DNA of 64,000 bases from Klebsormidium nitens. Its lineage: Eukaryota > Plantae > Klebsormidiophyceae. The position numbers and the translations under genes are program-made. Positions 12,681 through 25,600 of the stretch are shown one piece after another (position 1 is the first letter of the stretch; each line of letters begins with the position of its first letter). The notes under the pieces are model-generated. The model saw only the letters and a program-made list of their open reading frames with translations, had not been told where the DNA came from and made no database searches. The DNA lies in the NCBI GenBank assembly GCA_000708835.1, contig DF237142.1, positions 3,810 to 67,809 on the forward strand, written 5' to 3'.

Positions 12681-14196
12681 ACACAGGTAAAACGGTTGTG
12701 TTTGAAGGTAGGGGTTGGGTGGGTTAGGCAAAGGAAGACAAATAAGCAGAAGAGTACCTTTAAGAGATAGGGGTGGGACGACAAGCGAAACGCTTGTAAA
12801 GTGTGCCAGAATTGAAGGCTGGCCAGAACGGTTGCTTTTATTGCTCGCTGGACCATAACTAGAGAGTTTCCAATTGTGCTAGCTGCATGCCGACTTGTAC
12901 TTCCATGTGTTTGTTTTCAGTACGCGTCTTTCACGAATTGTATTGAACCATCATTGCAACTGCGACTGAATGCTATAGGCATACCCCCTCGAGGGACTGC
13001 ACTCGTAAGTGATTTGCCAGCTCATGGTGCTTATAAATTGATTCCCGACGAAAGAATCAAGCAATCTCGTGCCAGTGGCGGCTATTTCCAGCAACATTGC
13101 TTGTACGTCTTCAGCTAGGCTTGTTCCATTGAATCTGCAGTGCTACTTCTGCCGGCACCGTCCTTTGAACTGTGCCAGCGGAGTTCTAGCTGATTGACTT
13201 GGTATGGCCTATGACGGTTCAGGCTCTTCATCGAGTCCATATTGGATGAATTAGATTAGCTAGCTGCACGGAACTGCATCATTGATCAGTGCAGGCTTCT
13301 GTCATGCAGCTAGTGAAGGGCCGCTCGCGTGCTTGCAAGCTCGAGCCTGATCGCCCGGCCCCGGGCCCCGGCACCGGAAACGTAATATTTGTCGGAACCG
13401 TCGATCGATGGGGGGAGCCCCCAAGGTCCAGCCCGCGCGCTCTGGGATGATCGACCCGGCGGGGTTTCCGGGCCTGCCAACCGCAAAAGCGATCGGCTCT
13501 ATCATGCATGTGCTGGCGATACCTTCTCGTATATTTAGAGCGAGGGCGTCGCCCGCGTTCCCGAGCTTTTGTTTTGACACATCCTGCCGATTCTGGGCAC
13601 ACAGGAAAACGACGGTTGGGTCAGAGCCCCAGCTCTAGAAGCGTGCGACGGTACTGACTGTGCAAGGCAGACCAGACTCGAAGATACAGGCCTGACTGGA
13701 GCGCACTGAGTAGATTGTTCAGACGGCACGTTGATGTTTAGCTGGCAATACGTAACGACTTGTAGCGCGGTGCAGCTAGACCTGATGGGTAGATACATAC
13801 GCCCGCGATGCTTTAATCTCATTACCGTGCCAGGCGCTGCATACACTTCTGCAGCGCCACGGTCACTGGTTTGCACGTTCTCATGGTCATTCGTTGAGCC
13901 ATGGACCGCAGACAAGTTTATGACCTGATTCTGAGGATACGCACACGCCCGGCCAGGCCCAGCTTGAAATGTCCTCGTTCCGTTCAAAATCAATCGGACG
14001 CAACAGATATCTTGCTTTGTACATCCAACAGCACGCGCCTTGACGCAAACCTCGCCTTCGCAAGACGTATGCTAGCGTAGTGTGCACACTGCATCGTTCC
14101 GGATTAACTTTGCCCGTTGCCAGAGACTTTCCATGAAGTGGAATAGCCTGATCTGTCATAACAATGGCGATGACCAGGCCGCCCGTTACACCGTCA

Positions 14197-17100
14197 CTAC
14201 ACCATATCCGGCCTGCCCAGTACGCTCGTTGGTCCACGTGTCCAACTCTGGCTGTCTTCCTGCTCCACCGGGGGCGGCGCCCCAAAATACGATGGCTGAT
14301 ACGCGCTGTTTATCCTCGCAAACAATAACCTTAGAACTTTCTCCCGGTCCGCCCACGTCAGCTCCGAAATGTCCACCCGCGGCTTCCGCCGTCGATCCAG
14401 GCTCTTGCCAGCGACCGCTACGTCCTCTTCGACGTTCGAAACGCGCCCGTGGGACCGGTCGGAAGCAGCCTGTGAGAACGCGACACGTGGCTCCTCCGAG
14501 CGCCGCTTCGCTGACGTCATATCCTCGACCGCTCGCAACAGTCCCTCGGAAACTTCGTTGCTGCGATTCGTCGGTAACTCTGCTTCCTCTTCTAAAGCCA
14601 CCCGGGTTGAAGAGGAGCCCCCGTTTATTCCGCCGCTGCTTTCCGCTGCCTCGACCGGAAGCGGAACCTGTGGCCTAATATCCGGGAGCTTGTTGACTTC
14701 CATTTCCCCATGGCTTTGCCCCTTAGCCCCTTTTAACCCGCTCCTTTTCTGAGCGCCGTGTGACCCGTTACTGCCCACCGTGCTCGTCGAATCTTGCACT
14801 CGCACGGAGGGTGTATTTGAGGGTTTTGAAGGCGCTGACGCGGCCGCGATCGCGGGGGCGCCGTTCTCCTTGCCATCCATTTTCTCGAAGGCAATCTGCG
14901 CCTTGACGTACTCAATGGACGAGATGAGGAAGTGCTCTACGTCACCGCGTTGCCGGATGACGTCCTGCGGGGAGGGGGATGATGTCACCATCTCAATCAG
15001 AGTCTTTTGAGCATCTCATGAGAGGCAAGAAATCCCTCTCGTTTGTTCTCCTTATCCTATCTTGCAAGAAGGTCGAAAGTGGACGAACCGGTTGACCAAT
15101 GTAAAAAATCCACCTTCAATCAGTTCGAGCTCGTTGTACGTCTTCGCGAGTTGAAGTTTCAACCACATTCCGCAAATTCGGTGCATCTTCCTTCTCGATG
15201 CTTTCCTTGCTGCAATGCATTCTATATCGGCGTATCTTAAAGTAAAAGTGCAATGCTACAGCTCAACAGAAAGCGTCACGAAGCAGAAGCGCAGAACCAA
15301 GCCGCAGCCGCATCCGATCTCCGGGTCGCATTTCTGCCGCTTACCTGCGCCAGATTTATAATATTCTTCAGTTCCTTAGTTATGAGGGCGACCAGTCGCC
15401 GGAACCCGACGGCTTCTACCTTGGTTTTCCGGCTTATCCAAAAGCGACAAAAAATAAGAAAGAGAGAACCAGGCCTTGTCCGCAACCTCTTGATCGCTGT
15501 TTCTGCCACTTACCTGCGCCAGTTTCCTGATGTTCTTCAGTTCCTTGGTCTTGAGGGCGACCAGCCGCCGTAACCCGTCGGCTTCTACCTTGGTTTGCGC
15601 GGCCTCCTCGCGTCGCCGCGCCTCCCACCGCTGCCGCTCCATCTCAAAATCGCCCACCACTTGACCCAAACTCTTCTCGAGACTCCGAACCTGCAGACGA
15701 AGTCAAATTTCAATGTCTTCTAAAGGGCGGCAATGCGAGCACGCAGAAGGCTCGGTTCTTTCCTGTACACTGCCCGTTGCGACTTACCATCTTCGGAACT
15801 TTTTTAAGCCTCCTGAGTTGGCTTCTGACGCCTTCTGAGAATCGCACAGACATGCGCAAGGCTAAGCTATTTTTGCCTTGTTTGTCCTTCCCTTCCGACT
15901 TGGAACCATGCCAGTATTCCGTGAGAGTCTATTCCTGCTCTAATGATACTCGCTATCTTATTTTCCGGTTTAGCTCAGTTTGAGCAAAGAGGGAGATGGC
16001 AACAGGGGGCTTGCATTGTGTTGCTGAACGACATGGCCCAAGCTTACTCAACCCAAAACTTTCTTAAGCGCTTGTTCGATCCCGGGAACCGCTGTCATGG
16101 TTCAACGTACACGACAGTGCTTCTGAGGTCTCTGCAAGCGACAGAAGCCATCATCTTGAGAAGATGTTCCTCAACGTTTCAATTGTCCTCCTGGCATTCT
16201 TGATATTCCGCTCAGCTGCTATTCTGCTCAGCTGCTATTTCGTGCACCCACCCTTCTCGTCAATGAATGTTTTGGGTGTTGTTCTGTTTGCAACACTCAA
16301 CAAAACAGAAATTATACAGAACCTCCATTATTTTACTCCTAGTTTTACGCCCTATGTTGAGCTGCAAACTCAACACCGCCACATAACCGTTGTCTCAGCT
16401 CATTCAAGATCCTTTTGAGCAGCTCATTGGTTCAATCCTCGCGCCTCCTGAGCCTCCACTTTGCACATTTACAGAGCCTCACCTTCGCCGTCGTTTCCTT
16501 GACGTCCCGCGCTTGCTTGCTCCCCCGCTTCGCGAACTCGGCCTCCCTCTGCGCGCGCAGCTCCACCTCACGCGCGAGCCGCTTGTTCTCGCCCGCGAGC
16601 GCGCTGTTTTCGCGCTGCAGCGACGCCGTTTCCTCCATATGCAGTTGCAGTTCGTCCTTCATGCGCTGGTTAGTCTGCAAAATGCGCTTGACCGAAGAGT
16701 CCTGCGATCGAAACGACGGAACTTTTTATGTCCTAAGTACGTAAGCTTCAGGTAAGGTGCTCGAAGGGATTTCAATGAGGAGGAGAGCCGTTCTTAGGCT
16801 GAAGGGACGCCGATTCGCCTGTACGAACTGGATGTCGTCCTTACATGCGTTGATTGGTTCATAAAGTGCGCTTCAATGATGAGTCCTGCAAAAGCTAATC
16901 AGAGCTTTCGTGGGTGGCGAAGGGATGGAAAGCATGGACGGGAAAAGAAGGTTCTTCTGTTACACAGCAGCAGCGCCGTTTCCTCTTTGTGAAGTTGAAG
17001 CTCGTCCTTCATGTGCTGGTTGGTTTGCAACATGCGCTTAACCGAAGAGTCCTGCAGATTGAAGGAACCACAATCAGACGCAGCTTTGACGATATCATAA

Positions 17101-20100
17101 GGACGGTGCGCTTATTAGGGGGACGGTATTAGAACAGACTTCTACAATGCTCTACTCCCCATTAGAGGGTTCCTTCGAGATAAAACATTCTGCAGCTGAA
17201 TGATACAGAACAACGTCAACGTCAGCACCTTCGCAGAATCCTCAATCTGTCTAACAGCTCTGGCGGATTCAAAAGGCGCTAGTGGAGCTTTTGATCTGCG
17301 GCCTGCCCAACAGCCGAACGGCTTGTAGTCTGATCATATTTCCCGGAACCGCAAACCTGGAGCTACCCTAGAGTTCTGAAGGAATACGAAGCGCCGAAGT
17401 CAAGGCAGCGCATTGATCAGCCAGTCAAATAAACAGAAGAAAGCGAGTCTGCACCATTTCCTCGTCGACATCCTCCTCAATCAATGCGCTTTGATCACGG
17501 GCGCTGATTTGGCAACTTCAACTCTAAGCGAGAAAGACAGCAAGCAACACAGACGTGGACGACAGATGAGGAAACTCGGATTCGATGAGCAACGAAGCAG
17601 ACATAATTGCCAGGCAAGAAGACCCACTAGCGTATTGAGCAAGACGTGAAAGCGAGTACGGTGTGCAAAGAAGAGGAAGATTTAGAAAAGGCCCAGGACT
17701 AGGTCGAGCAAATCATCGGAGTGAGTGGGTGTGACAAGGAAAGAAAAGACGGTAGAACAGATTGATTTCGCACCATCCTCTCGTCCACATCCTCCTCAAA
17801 TTTGCGCTTGAGCTCCTCGACGCGCTGCTCGTACTCCTTGCGCAGCGCCACCTGCTGCTCTATAAACTTCCGCTCCAGCGCCGCCAGCTCTTCCACGCTC
17901 ACTTTGTCGTCCTTGGGAACCTCTTCCGGATTTGTCGGGGGCGTCGTGCTCCTGAAGAGTGTCAGCCGGTGCGTCAGCTCAGGCGGAGCGAAAGATAAGG
18001 CAGCGTATCCGTATAGTTGGGTAATCAAACGTGAAAGGAACGACATGGGCAGTGGAAGCATATGAGAAAGCGGGTTCACATTCTGAACGATGATTGCCAA
18101 TCGCAAAGAGCCACGAAAGAGCCGAAAGTTGAAGCAATCTGAAACACGTCATGAACGACGAATGAAGCAGGATCCTTTGTTCAATATTGAAAATCGGGAC
18201 AAAGCAGCAGTCAGCGAATCCCTCTGTCTGTGCCCACTTTTACGCGTAGCTTTTTGTTGTGCTCTCGAGCAAGGCCAGGGCAAGAAGCACCTCCCGTGGT
18301 TGCCTCCCGGAATGAAAGGACTAACAGCCCATTCCTAAGCGGTTTCCGCAAAGGACACATCCTGTGTTCCCGAACTCTGCCTTCATCACCCTCGAGGTCT
18401 GTTCTCTTTGCCGTTCTTTCTATCTTTTCAAACTCCCCTGAAAAGTTGCATCTCTTTCCCTACAGCTCAGTCAATCATTCCATTCCGGTAAGCAGAACGC
18501 ATCCATTCTCCTAGTCTGTGGCCTGCACCTTCGTCTTGTAAGCAGCGAGCATATTGATTTGCAGTTTGATACATGGGAACGACCCATCCATTTCTCAATT
18601 ACCTGGCCTGGCGAAGCCTCGCCTTTGCGGCTTCCAGTTGGAACACCTCTAGTTCTGTCTTCAGCCCATGCAAAGTGATTTCGTACTCGCGCGTCGTGGC
18701 ATCCAACTGGCGCTGCGACTCCGCTTGGCACTCTTGCCGGATGAGCTGGAGCCTCCGGTCTTGCTGCGAGTGTCATGAAACGAGCTGACATCATGCTGAC
18801 GTCATGCCACCTGGTGAAGGATTTCAAGGAGGCACCTCCGTGCAGAAAAGAATCAAGCCTCGCCATGCGTTCTGCATCTTGACAAGAGTTCGGAGACGTC
18901 AATACATACGATCGCCAAGGAGATAGGCACGAGGTATCTAACACCTTTTATTTGCGGCGAAGCGGGTTGCGTTAGCTTTGGTGGTGGTGTTTTCATGGTA
19001 ACTTTCTTACCTCCTCTAGGTGAGCCTCGAGCTCCTTGTTACGATCATTCTTTCTGGCCAGTTCTTTTCTCAGGTACTCAGCCACCTCGTACTGCAACAT
19101 GCAACAGCGGCTGGTTAGTTCTGCTTCGGAGAGTCGTCTGTCTTTTGGTCGGAGTCGTTTACAACTCGCAGACTATCTGAAGAGTTTTCGAGATTTAACG
19201 GTGGGATGGCTCAATGCTGAGGCCATTTGGCACTGCTCCAGAAGCATGAATGGCACTGTGCTGCTAGTACCTTGCATGTGAGGCATTGCATGTGAGTAAG
19301 TAAGATTTGTCTAATTCTCTCCTGAGACCAGACAAATGCAAGGTTCGAAATGGTTGTTAGATGGCTGCGGGGTTGGTCGAAGTTTTAGAAAACTCTTGAT
19401 CCGACGATCTGCGGTGCCGTTCAACAGGTTGTGTCACAAAAGCGTAACTGGCGAACACACAAAAGGAAGGGGCGACCGTAATTGACTCGTTTCCTTCGAG
19501 ATACTCTTCAATTACCTCTAAATAGCTTTATTGGGTTCAAGGAGCAGCTGCATTGCAGCTTACCGTCTCCTGTTGGCTGGCCTCTCTTTCCTCCAGCAAG
19601 AGCTTGTTTTCTTCCACCAGCTTATCATACCGTTGCTTCATTTCCAGCAATGCCGCAGACTTCCGCTCAGACCTGCGGTCAGTTTCAAGCAATCAGCCAC
19701 AAACCTTCTTTCAAGCAGTATGATGATGCATCTGTGCTGCTTGCCGGAGCACTTTCTATTTATGTAAGCATTCGAGCTAGATGCAACTCTCTTGAGAAGC
19801 TGCGTTCGGATGCCATTGTTTCTCCCCTTCAGTTCAGAAAGAAACTAAACGATAGACAGGTCTGTTCTGTTCAGAACCCAGGCCGCCCAACAAAAGAGAA
19901 GCGACTCAGGTGCGGCACCGGTCTCTAAGAAGACCACTTTCAGCCGGTTTCTCATAGTGTAAAGGCATGCGGTTTTGCAACGTTGAGAAGAAGCATTGAG
20001 CGAGCTGGGGATATCTAAATGACAGCTCAGTTGCCTCTGATTGCATCCTCTTGTGCCTCTTGCATCCTCTAGGCAGCACGTTGTCAACAGACTTACTCTG

Positions 20101-20137
20101 CGATTTTTGCAAACTTTAGAGTGGTGTCCTCTGCCAT
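14197..20137 (-). CDS. BBOF1: Basal body-orientation factor 1 (CCDC176/DUF4515)-like coiled-coil ciliary protein
   Basis: Exons in minus-strand order: 20137-20097, 19672-19564, 19091-19011 (YEVAEYLRKE), 18763-18603, 17951-17774, 16701-16483, 15690-15514 (LKTKELKNIRKLAQ) and 14964-14197 (DVIRQRGDVEHFLISSI..VK..; VDISELTWADREKVLRLLFARIN). All phases fit. The C-terminal motif matches the BBOF1 D..LTW..(K/R)EKVLRLLFA..N signature as I recall it. The start codon is tentative. Confidence 0.8.
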
Positions 20138-21093
20138 TGCCACGTTTGGCTACGCCGCACTTGAGCTCGTTTCCAGCTGCTCCTAAACCTAAGAAAAGTA
20201 TTTCAGCTCCTGTCAGGCCCAGGAAAATGATGCCCGGTACAGCGAATGTCCAAAGCAACGTGCTTTTTTGTTTGCAGTCCTGCTCAAGCTGAAGCACGTC
20301 CCCTTATTCTGAGCAGTTCACCGACTCAACACCTTGGATTATGGTCTGCTGGTGTGCTTTATATCCTTGGTTTCAGCCCAGCACGACCTGATTGCTTTTC
20401 TTCTTCAAAAGACGTTCGAAATATTCAGCCCATCCTGGCTGACTCCTGGCAAGCTAGAGAATGGCGCGGAGCACGCAAAGCTTCAAGCTGAGCTGCAAGC
20501 AGCTAGCTCTAGCAAATATTCAGCCCGCCTCAAAGAACAAACCTGTTTCTTCAAAGCTGGTCGATGTCCAGTGAGTTCTCACGTATCATAGTCTTCACTG
20601 TACACCACATGAGAATTTCTTGTCTCAGGATGCGGCAGTAGGTACGTCAAGGCTTCGCATGTGCTTTGCTTTCAGAAGACCTCAGACTGGTGCGCGCGCA
20701 GAATGTGAGACATGTAACGATGTTACCTTGTTGCGCCACACACGTTACCATCCGATGTACCGACTTTTCAATAGGCCCTTGGTACTGTAACTTCTTACGA
20801 CTGTTGCATACATGTTACATAGGTAGGTATCCTTGACTCAAGTGGTACAAAGTACGGAATTGTAAAAGTGTTACTAGCCAAGTGTTGCCTAGGCTGGCAC
20901 TGTGGGCCGTCAGATTGCCGATAGTCCTAGATTGTAGGTAATCCCATCGTCGCGAGTGCGGGAACGCGTCATCCAAGACAAAAGCACCGAGCGACCTTGT
21001 ATGCTGCTCCTTCGGGTAGAGACGACCTTAGCAGTCAGCCTTCCTACATGACCGAACAGTAACCTTTTCTCAAATCAACTTCCAAAATACCGG

Positions 21094-21279
21094 TAACTCT
21101 CGTGTGACCTAACGGGCGTGTGACCTAAGATACAGTTTACCCGGGCACTTCAAACTAAAACACCTAACCCAAATAGTCACCCGCTCCGCACCCCAACCCA
21201 CCCTAACCACCATACCAACCCCACCCGTCCCCCGGGTGCCTATCTTAGGTCACACGGCTCTTAGGTCATACGAGAGTTA
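21094..21279. mobile_element. 186-bp MITE-like element with 39-bp terminal inverted repeats
   Basis: 21094-21132 versus the reverse complement of 21241-21279 is 35/39 identical. Each arm has two GTGTGACCTAA-like copies. The outermost TA at each end could be a TA target duplication. The interior is C-rich. Confidence 0.7.
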
Positions 21280-21626
21280 TCGAAGTACTTCCAAACGGGG
21301 TTCTGAACAAGCAAATGGCACTGAAGCCCCAAAACCGAAGCTGACAGTACGGTCTACGGTAGGTACAGTGTCAGCTCGGAAGCTTTCACCGTGATCGAGC
21401 TGACCCTCAGAAACCACTTTGTTGTTGTCCGGCTACCTAACCCAAGAGTTGTAGACCGTCACCGAGGATAGAAGAGTGCCCGGGGTGTCAAATTGTATTA
21501 AATACAAACGCACCTTGCGCGTGAACCTTTTGCATCTCCGTTCTTTGACCTTTTCGCATCATTGACATTCTTCAGCCAGAGAAGCGAGAGGTACGTACCG
21601 TGGGAGGTACATAGGTACGGTAATAC

Positions 21627-22179
21627 CAGTGTTAAGCATAACTTTTTGAATTGGGAGTCCCGGGACACCCATGGGTGTGTCATTGGGCGTCTTTTGGACA
21701 CCCCGGGGTGCTTGATTGGGTGTCACCGGGTGTCCTAGCGAGGACGTCTTTCAAGGCCCCTTTGGGCGTCCAACTTGCGTCGGTGCACACTTTGCCCTGT
21801 ATCATGCCCCTCAACCAGTGGTCACACCAATTTTAGCCCCAGGACATCTTTTCAGTACCCAAAATAGGAATGTACCGACTACCTACCTATAGTAGCCCGT
21901 CACAAGACACCAAAGCACTTCGACCGCTGAGTGTTAAAGGGTCTGATAAGTTGGAACAGGAAAGTAATCAGTATATATCAGAGATTATGAAGTGGATTTA
22001 GCCCCCTGCCCTGTAGCTGGGGGTTGAAACTGGGACCTTGGTATGACGATTGGGTGTCCTTGGGACCCCCTGACTTGGCCAAATGGGTGTCTTTCGGACA
22101 CCCCGACGACCCCTTTTGGGGGTCCATTCCGGCCATTGGGTGTCTTTTTACCTGAGAGGGGACACCAATCTTAACGCTG
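21627..22179. mobile_element. Non-autonomous hAT-type DNA transposon (553 bp)
   Basis: Ends CAGTGTTAAG ... CTTAACGCTG form an inverted repeat (9/10). A perfect 8-bp direct repeat GGTAATAC flanks it at 21619-21626 and 22180-22187. Many subterminal GGACACCC/GGGTGTC motifs are present. An 8-bp TSD with short TIRs is the established hAT signature. Confidence 0.8.
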
Positions 22180-22652
22180 GGTAATACCTAATTAATACCG
22201 CAGGTAGGTACCTTTATACGGTATACCGTACGTACCTACCGATAATGTCACGGTACGCCACCCAGGTCACCGTCCGGGTCTCGGCGGAAGGTACCGCGTA
22301 CCTACGGTACCGGTATCTTAACAATGACATGACCACATGATGCACGGGCTTTTGAAAAGTCAACATGCAGAACGAGAGCCTGAGGGACTACTGCAGGGTG
22401 CGCTCTTCAAAGATTCCAGAGCCTGAGGCAGAGTCCAGGTGAGCTCGCGAGGTGTCATCCTTTTCCCTTCCATCTTCAAGTTCCACTTCTGGACTTCAAC
22501 GTAATCAACCGGAGAGCGCTGCATTTTCAGGATCCGCAGCGAAGACTGAGCAAAGAGAGCTTTCTTTGCCTTCCATTTTGTTCTGCTCGCGCCTACAGCT
22601 CTCTAAGATCAGACTTCTAAGTATCACAAGCAATTTGTAGCAGGCACTCGCA

Positions 22653-25600
22653 ATGGGGCTTGCAAGCAAGTTGAAAGCGCAGGGTTACACAGGTCCCGAA
22701 GGCTACGGAGCTCCCGCCGGGGCTCCCCCGCCTCAGGGAGGTGCTTCTGCAACCCCGTACCCAGCACCGTATCCCCAGCAGGGCTCAGCCCCGGGCCCAT
22801 ACGGTCAGCAACCGGGTGCATCTCCATACCCCCCCCCTTCGGGACAATCCCCATATCCCCCTCCTCCAGGGCAATCCCCTTATCCTCCCTCAGGGTCGTC
22901 TCCCTATCCTCCCCCAGGTGGCGCGTCTCCTTACCCACCCCCTCCCGGTGCTTCTCCATACCCTCCACCTGGCGGTAGCGCTCCCCCCAAGCAGGGGTCA
23001 TCTCCGTATCCTCCGCCGGGAGGCAGCTCTCCTTATCCACCTCCTGGAGGCTCCTCGCCTTACCCCCCTGCCCCTGGATCGTCGCCCTACCCACCACCTG
23101 CAGGAGGTTATGGCTATCCTCCGGCTCCAGGCCAGGGAGTTCCCGGGGGTTATCCAGGGGCGCCGGGCCAGCAGAGCCAGTACCCCCCCCAAAGTGGAAT
23201 GCAAGGTGCCGTACCTGACGATATGCTGTTCAAATGCAGGCAGTCATTGTTTGCGAAATGCAGCTTTGCTTCCACGGTTAGGATGCAATTCTGGCTGATA
23301 TGTATGCATGCATGCATTTGTTTTGTTCTTCCTGGCCTTTTCTCCTTGAGTTCTTTTGCAAATATCGCATGCATTTGTTGACTACTTCACTGCAGAGAAC
23401 ATCTACCATTTCCCAATTAAGAGCTGAATCCAGCCAAAATTTGGTCCTATTGAGGTCAGATTTGACTACATGGATAGAAGTTGACCGGTGCCCCTTCTTT
23501 GCTAGTCAATGCTGTTGCAAAATGCTAGAAACAATAATGCAAGGGAGCTTTCTCTGCTTGATTGTGGTCATTGGCTTTCGTTTTGTTCAAATTGGTGATG
23601 GCACTGTTGATGAGCATCACACCAGTCTGCTGCCCAGTCTGCTGCCATAAATGCTACGGCGTTCTCTTCAAAGACGCTGAAGCACTCTGCAATTCAAAAT
23701 GCACCCAAAGCACATCGCGATGCAAACTAACCTTGAATTTTCTAATGATGCAAATGATTCCAGGGATCCATTCTTCAGATATTTCATTGTAGACTTTACG
23801 TCACCTGTGTGTGCCAGTCTCATGCTGACCTCATGCTTTTCTGTGCAGGTGCAGCTGGGGCGGTTGAGGCCAAACTGCAGCACGTCGTGCGTGAGAACCA
23901 ATTGGACCGCTTCTATCCTCCACAAGCCGTCCAGGCGCTGGCCCAGAGGATTACGCAGACCGTCAACTTTGATCAACTGGCATCCAAGTAAGGTGTTGCT
24001 ATTTTCTGGTTGCCCCTTAAATGTTTGGCTCGGATCTTTTGAGATGCTTCTAGATTGATTTCAACATCTGATGAAATGTCAGTACAATATGTTGATCGGC
24101 GTGGACTCCTTGACAAGTACTATTTTTGAATTGAAGTGCACATCACCTAGTGGTGTTGACCATCTGTCACGGTCTCTCATTCACTGTTAACCTCCTGTGG
24201 TCGATCAACCTCTGGCCTCATCTGAAACCCCTGTGTCAACTTCACAAGGTTCGCGTTCAGCTGAAGGGATTGGTTGAGTTGCTCAATCGTCCTCTTCAAG
24301 TCTCCCTTCACAGTGACCTCCTGACATTCCCCACAAATTAGCCTTTGAAAAGCGACTCAGCAATTGTGTTTATCATGAGGACCTAAATAGGGGATTTCCC
24401 ACATTGATTATGCTTGAACCAGCTTCCAGAATCCAGTTTTGAAAAATGATGACATACCGTCACATGAAAAAAGCTGTGCTGAATTGTTGTTTCTTTCCGG
24501 AGTTTCTAATCCTGTGGCCCGCATCATGACTTAGCTTTGTAGGAGGTCTCTTGCCATTGTCTATATTGCCTGGTCCTTGGAAACATCCAGCTTTGGATCA
24601 GCTTCCTATGAAATATTCTCGGATGGGGTGAGAATGAGTCATCATTGGAAGGAGTGGTAACAGCAAGGGGCTGTTTGTGAAAGCAAAACAGCAATTTCAC
24701 TCTGTAATGCACTTTTTAGTAGTACAGTAGGTCTGCAATCCGTTACTCAATTGTACACTTGACTTTGCAGGTGGCGTATGCCCAAAGAGTTGGCCATTGA
24801 CCTGGCGGGTTTGGCGCTGTTTGACATCGTGATCCTGGCGGACGACTCTTCCTCCATGTCGTTTGAGGAACAGGGCGAGCGCATTGACGATCTCAAGATG
24901 ATCCTCAACCGAGTCGCAGAGGTTGCGACGATGTTTGATCAGGACGGGATCACGATCCGCTTCCTGAACTCGCAGGCGCAGGGGAACAACATCAGGTATG
25001 TGTAGAACCAGCTTTTTGAGTTAGAACTCCACTGGATTGACTGACTGGTACAGCAAACGAAGCTTTTGGCAGGGTCTTGAGTTATGCACGCATGTTGTTA
25101 GTGGAGCTATCAGTCTGACATGCAATCTTGGCAAGCAATTACTGATGTTCCAGCCATGGGGCCATCATCCACTGCATCACAAATAGCAGGTTGAAGAGCA
25201 GGGATTGCTTTTGCACCCTTGGTGCACAACTTTTTCAAAAGACCCCACTTGTTAAACTGATTTCCCCGAGCTGCGGTCCGATGCAACCTCCCTCATCCTC
25301 TGCAGGACTGCGCAAGAAGCCAACACATGTGTTGCCAAGACCCAATTCCAGGGGCTCACTCCTCTAGCAGCAAGCATGGAGCGCAACGTGCTGCAGCCCC
25401 TCGTGTTCGGCCCCGCTCAGTCCGGACAGCTGCGCAAGCCCGTTCTAGTGATTACCATCACGGACGGGGAGCCGTCGGACAGTCCCAAAGATGCGATCCT
25501 ACAGGTCATCCGCAATGCGCGTGCGCGCCTGGCACCACAGTACGGGAAGTGCGCCGTCGTGTTCCAGTTTGCCCAAGTGAGTGCTAACCTCACCTGCTAT

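Noticed and set aside
22010-22045. tRNA T-arm/B-box-like sequence on the minus strand
   Set aside because: No A-box or cloverleaf; it lies inside the hAT element.
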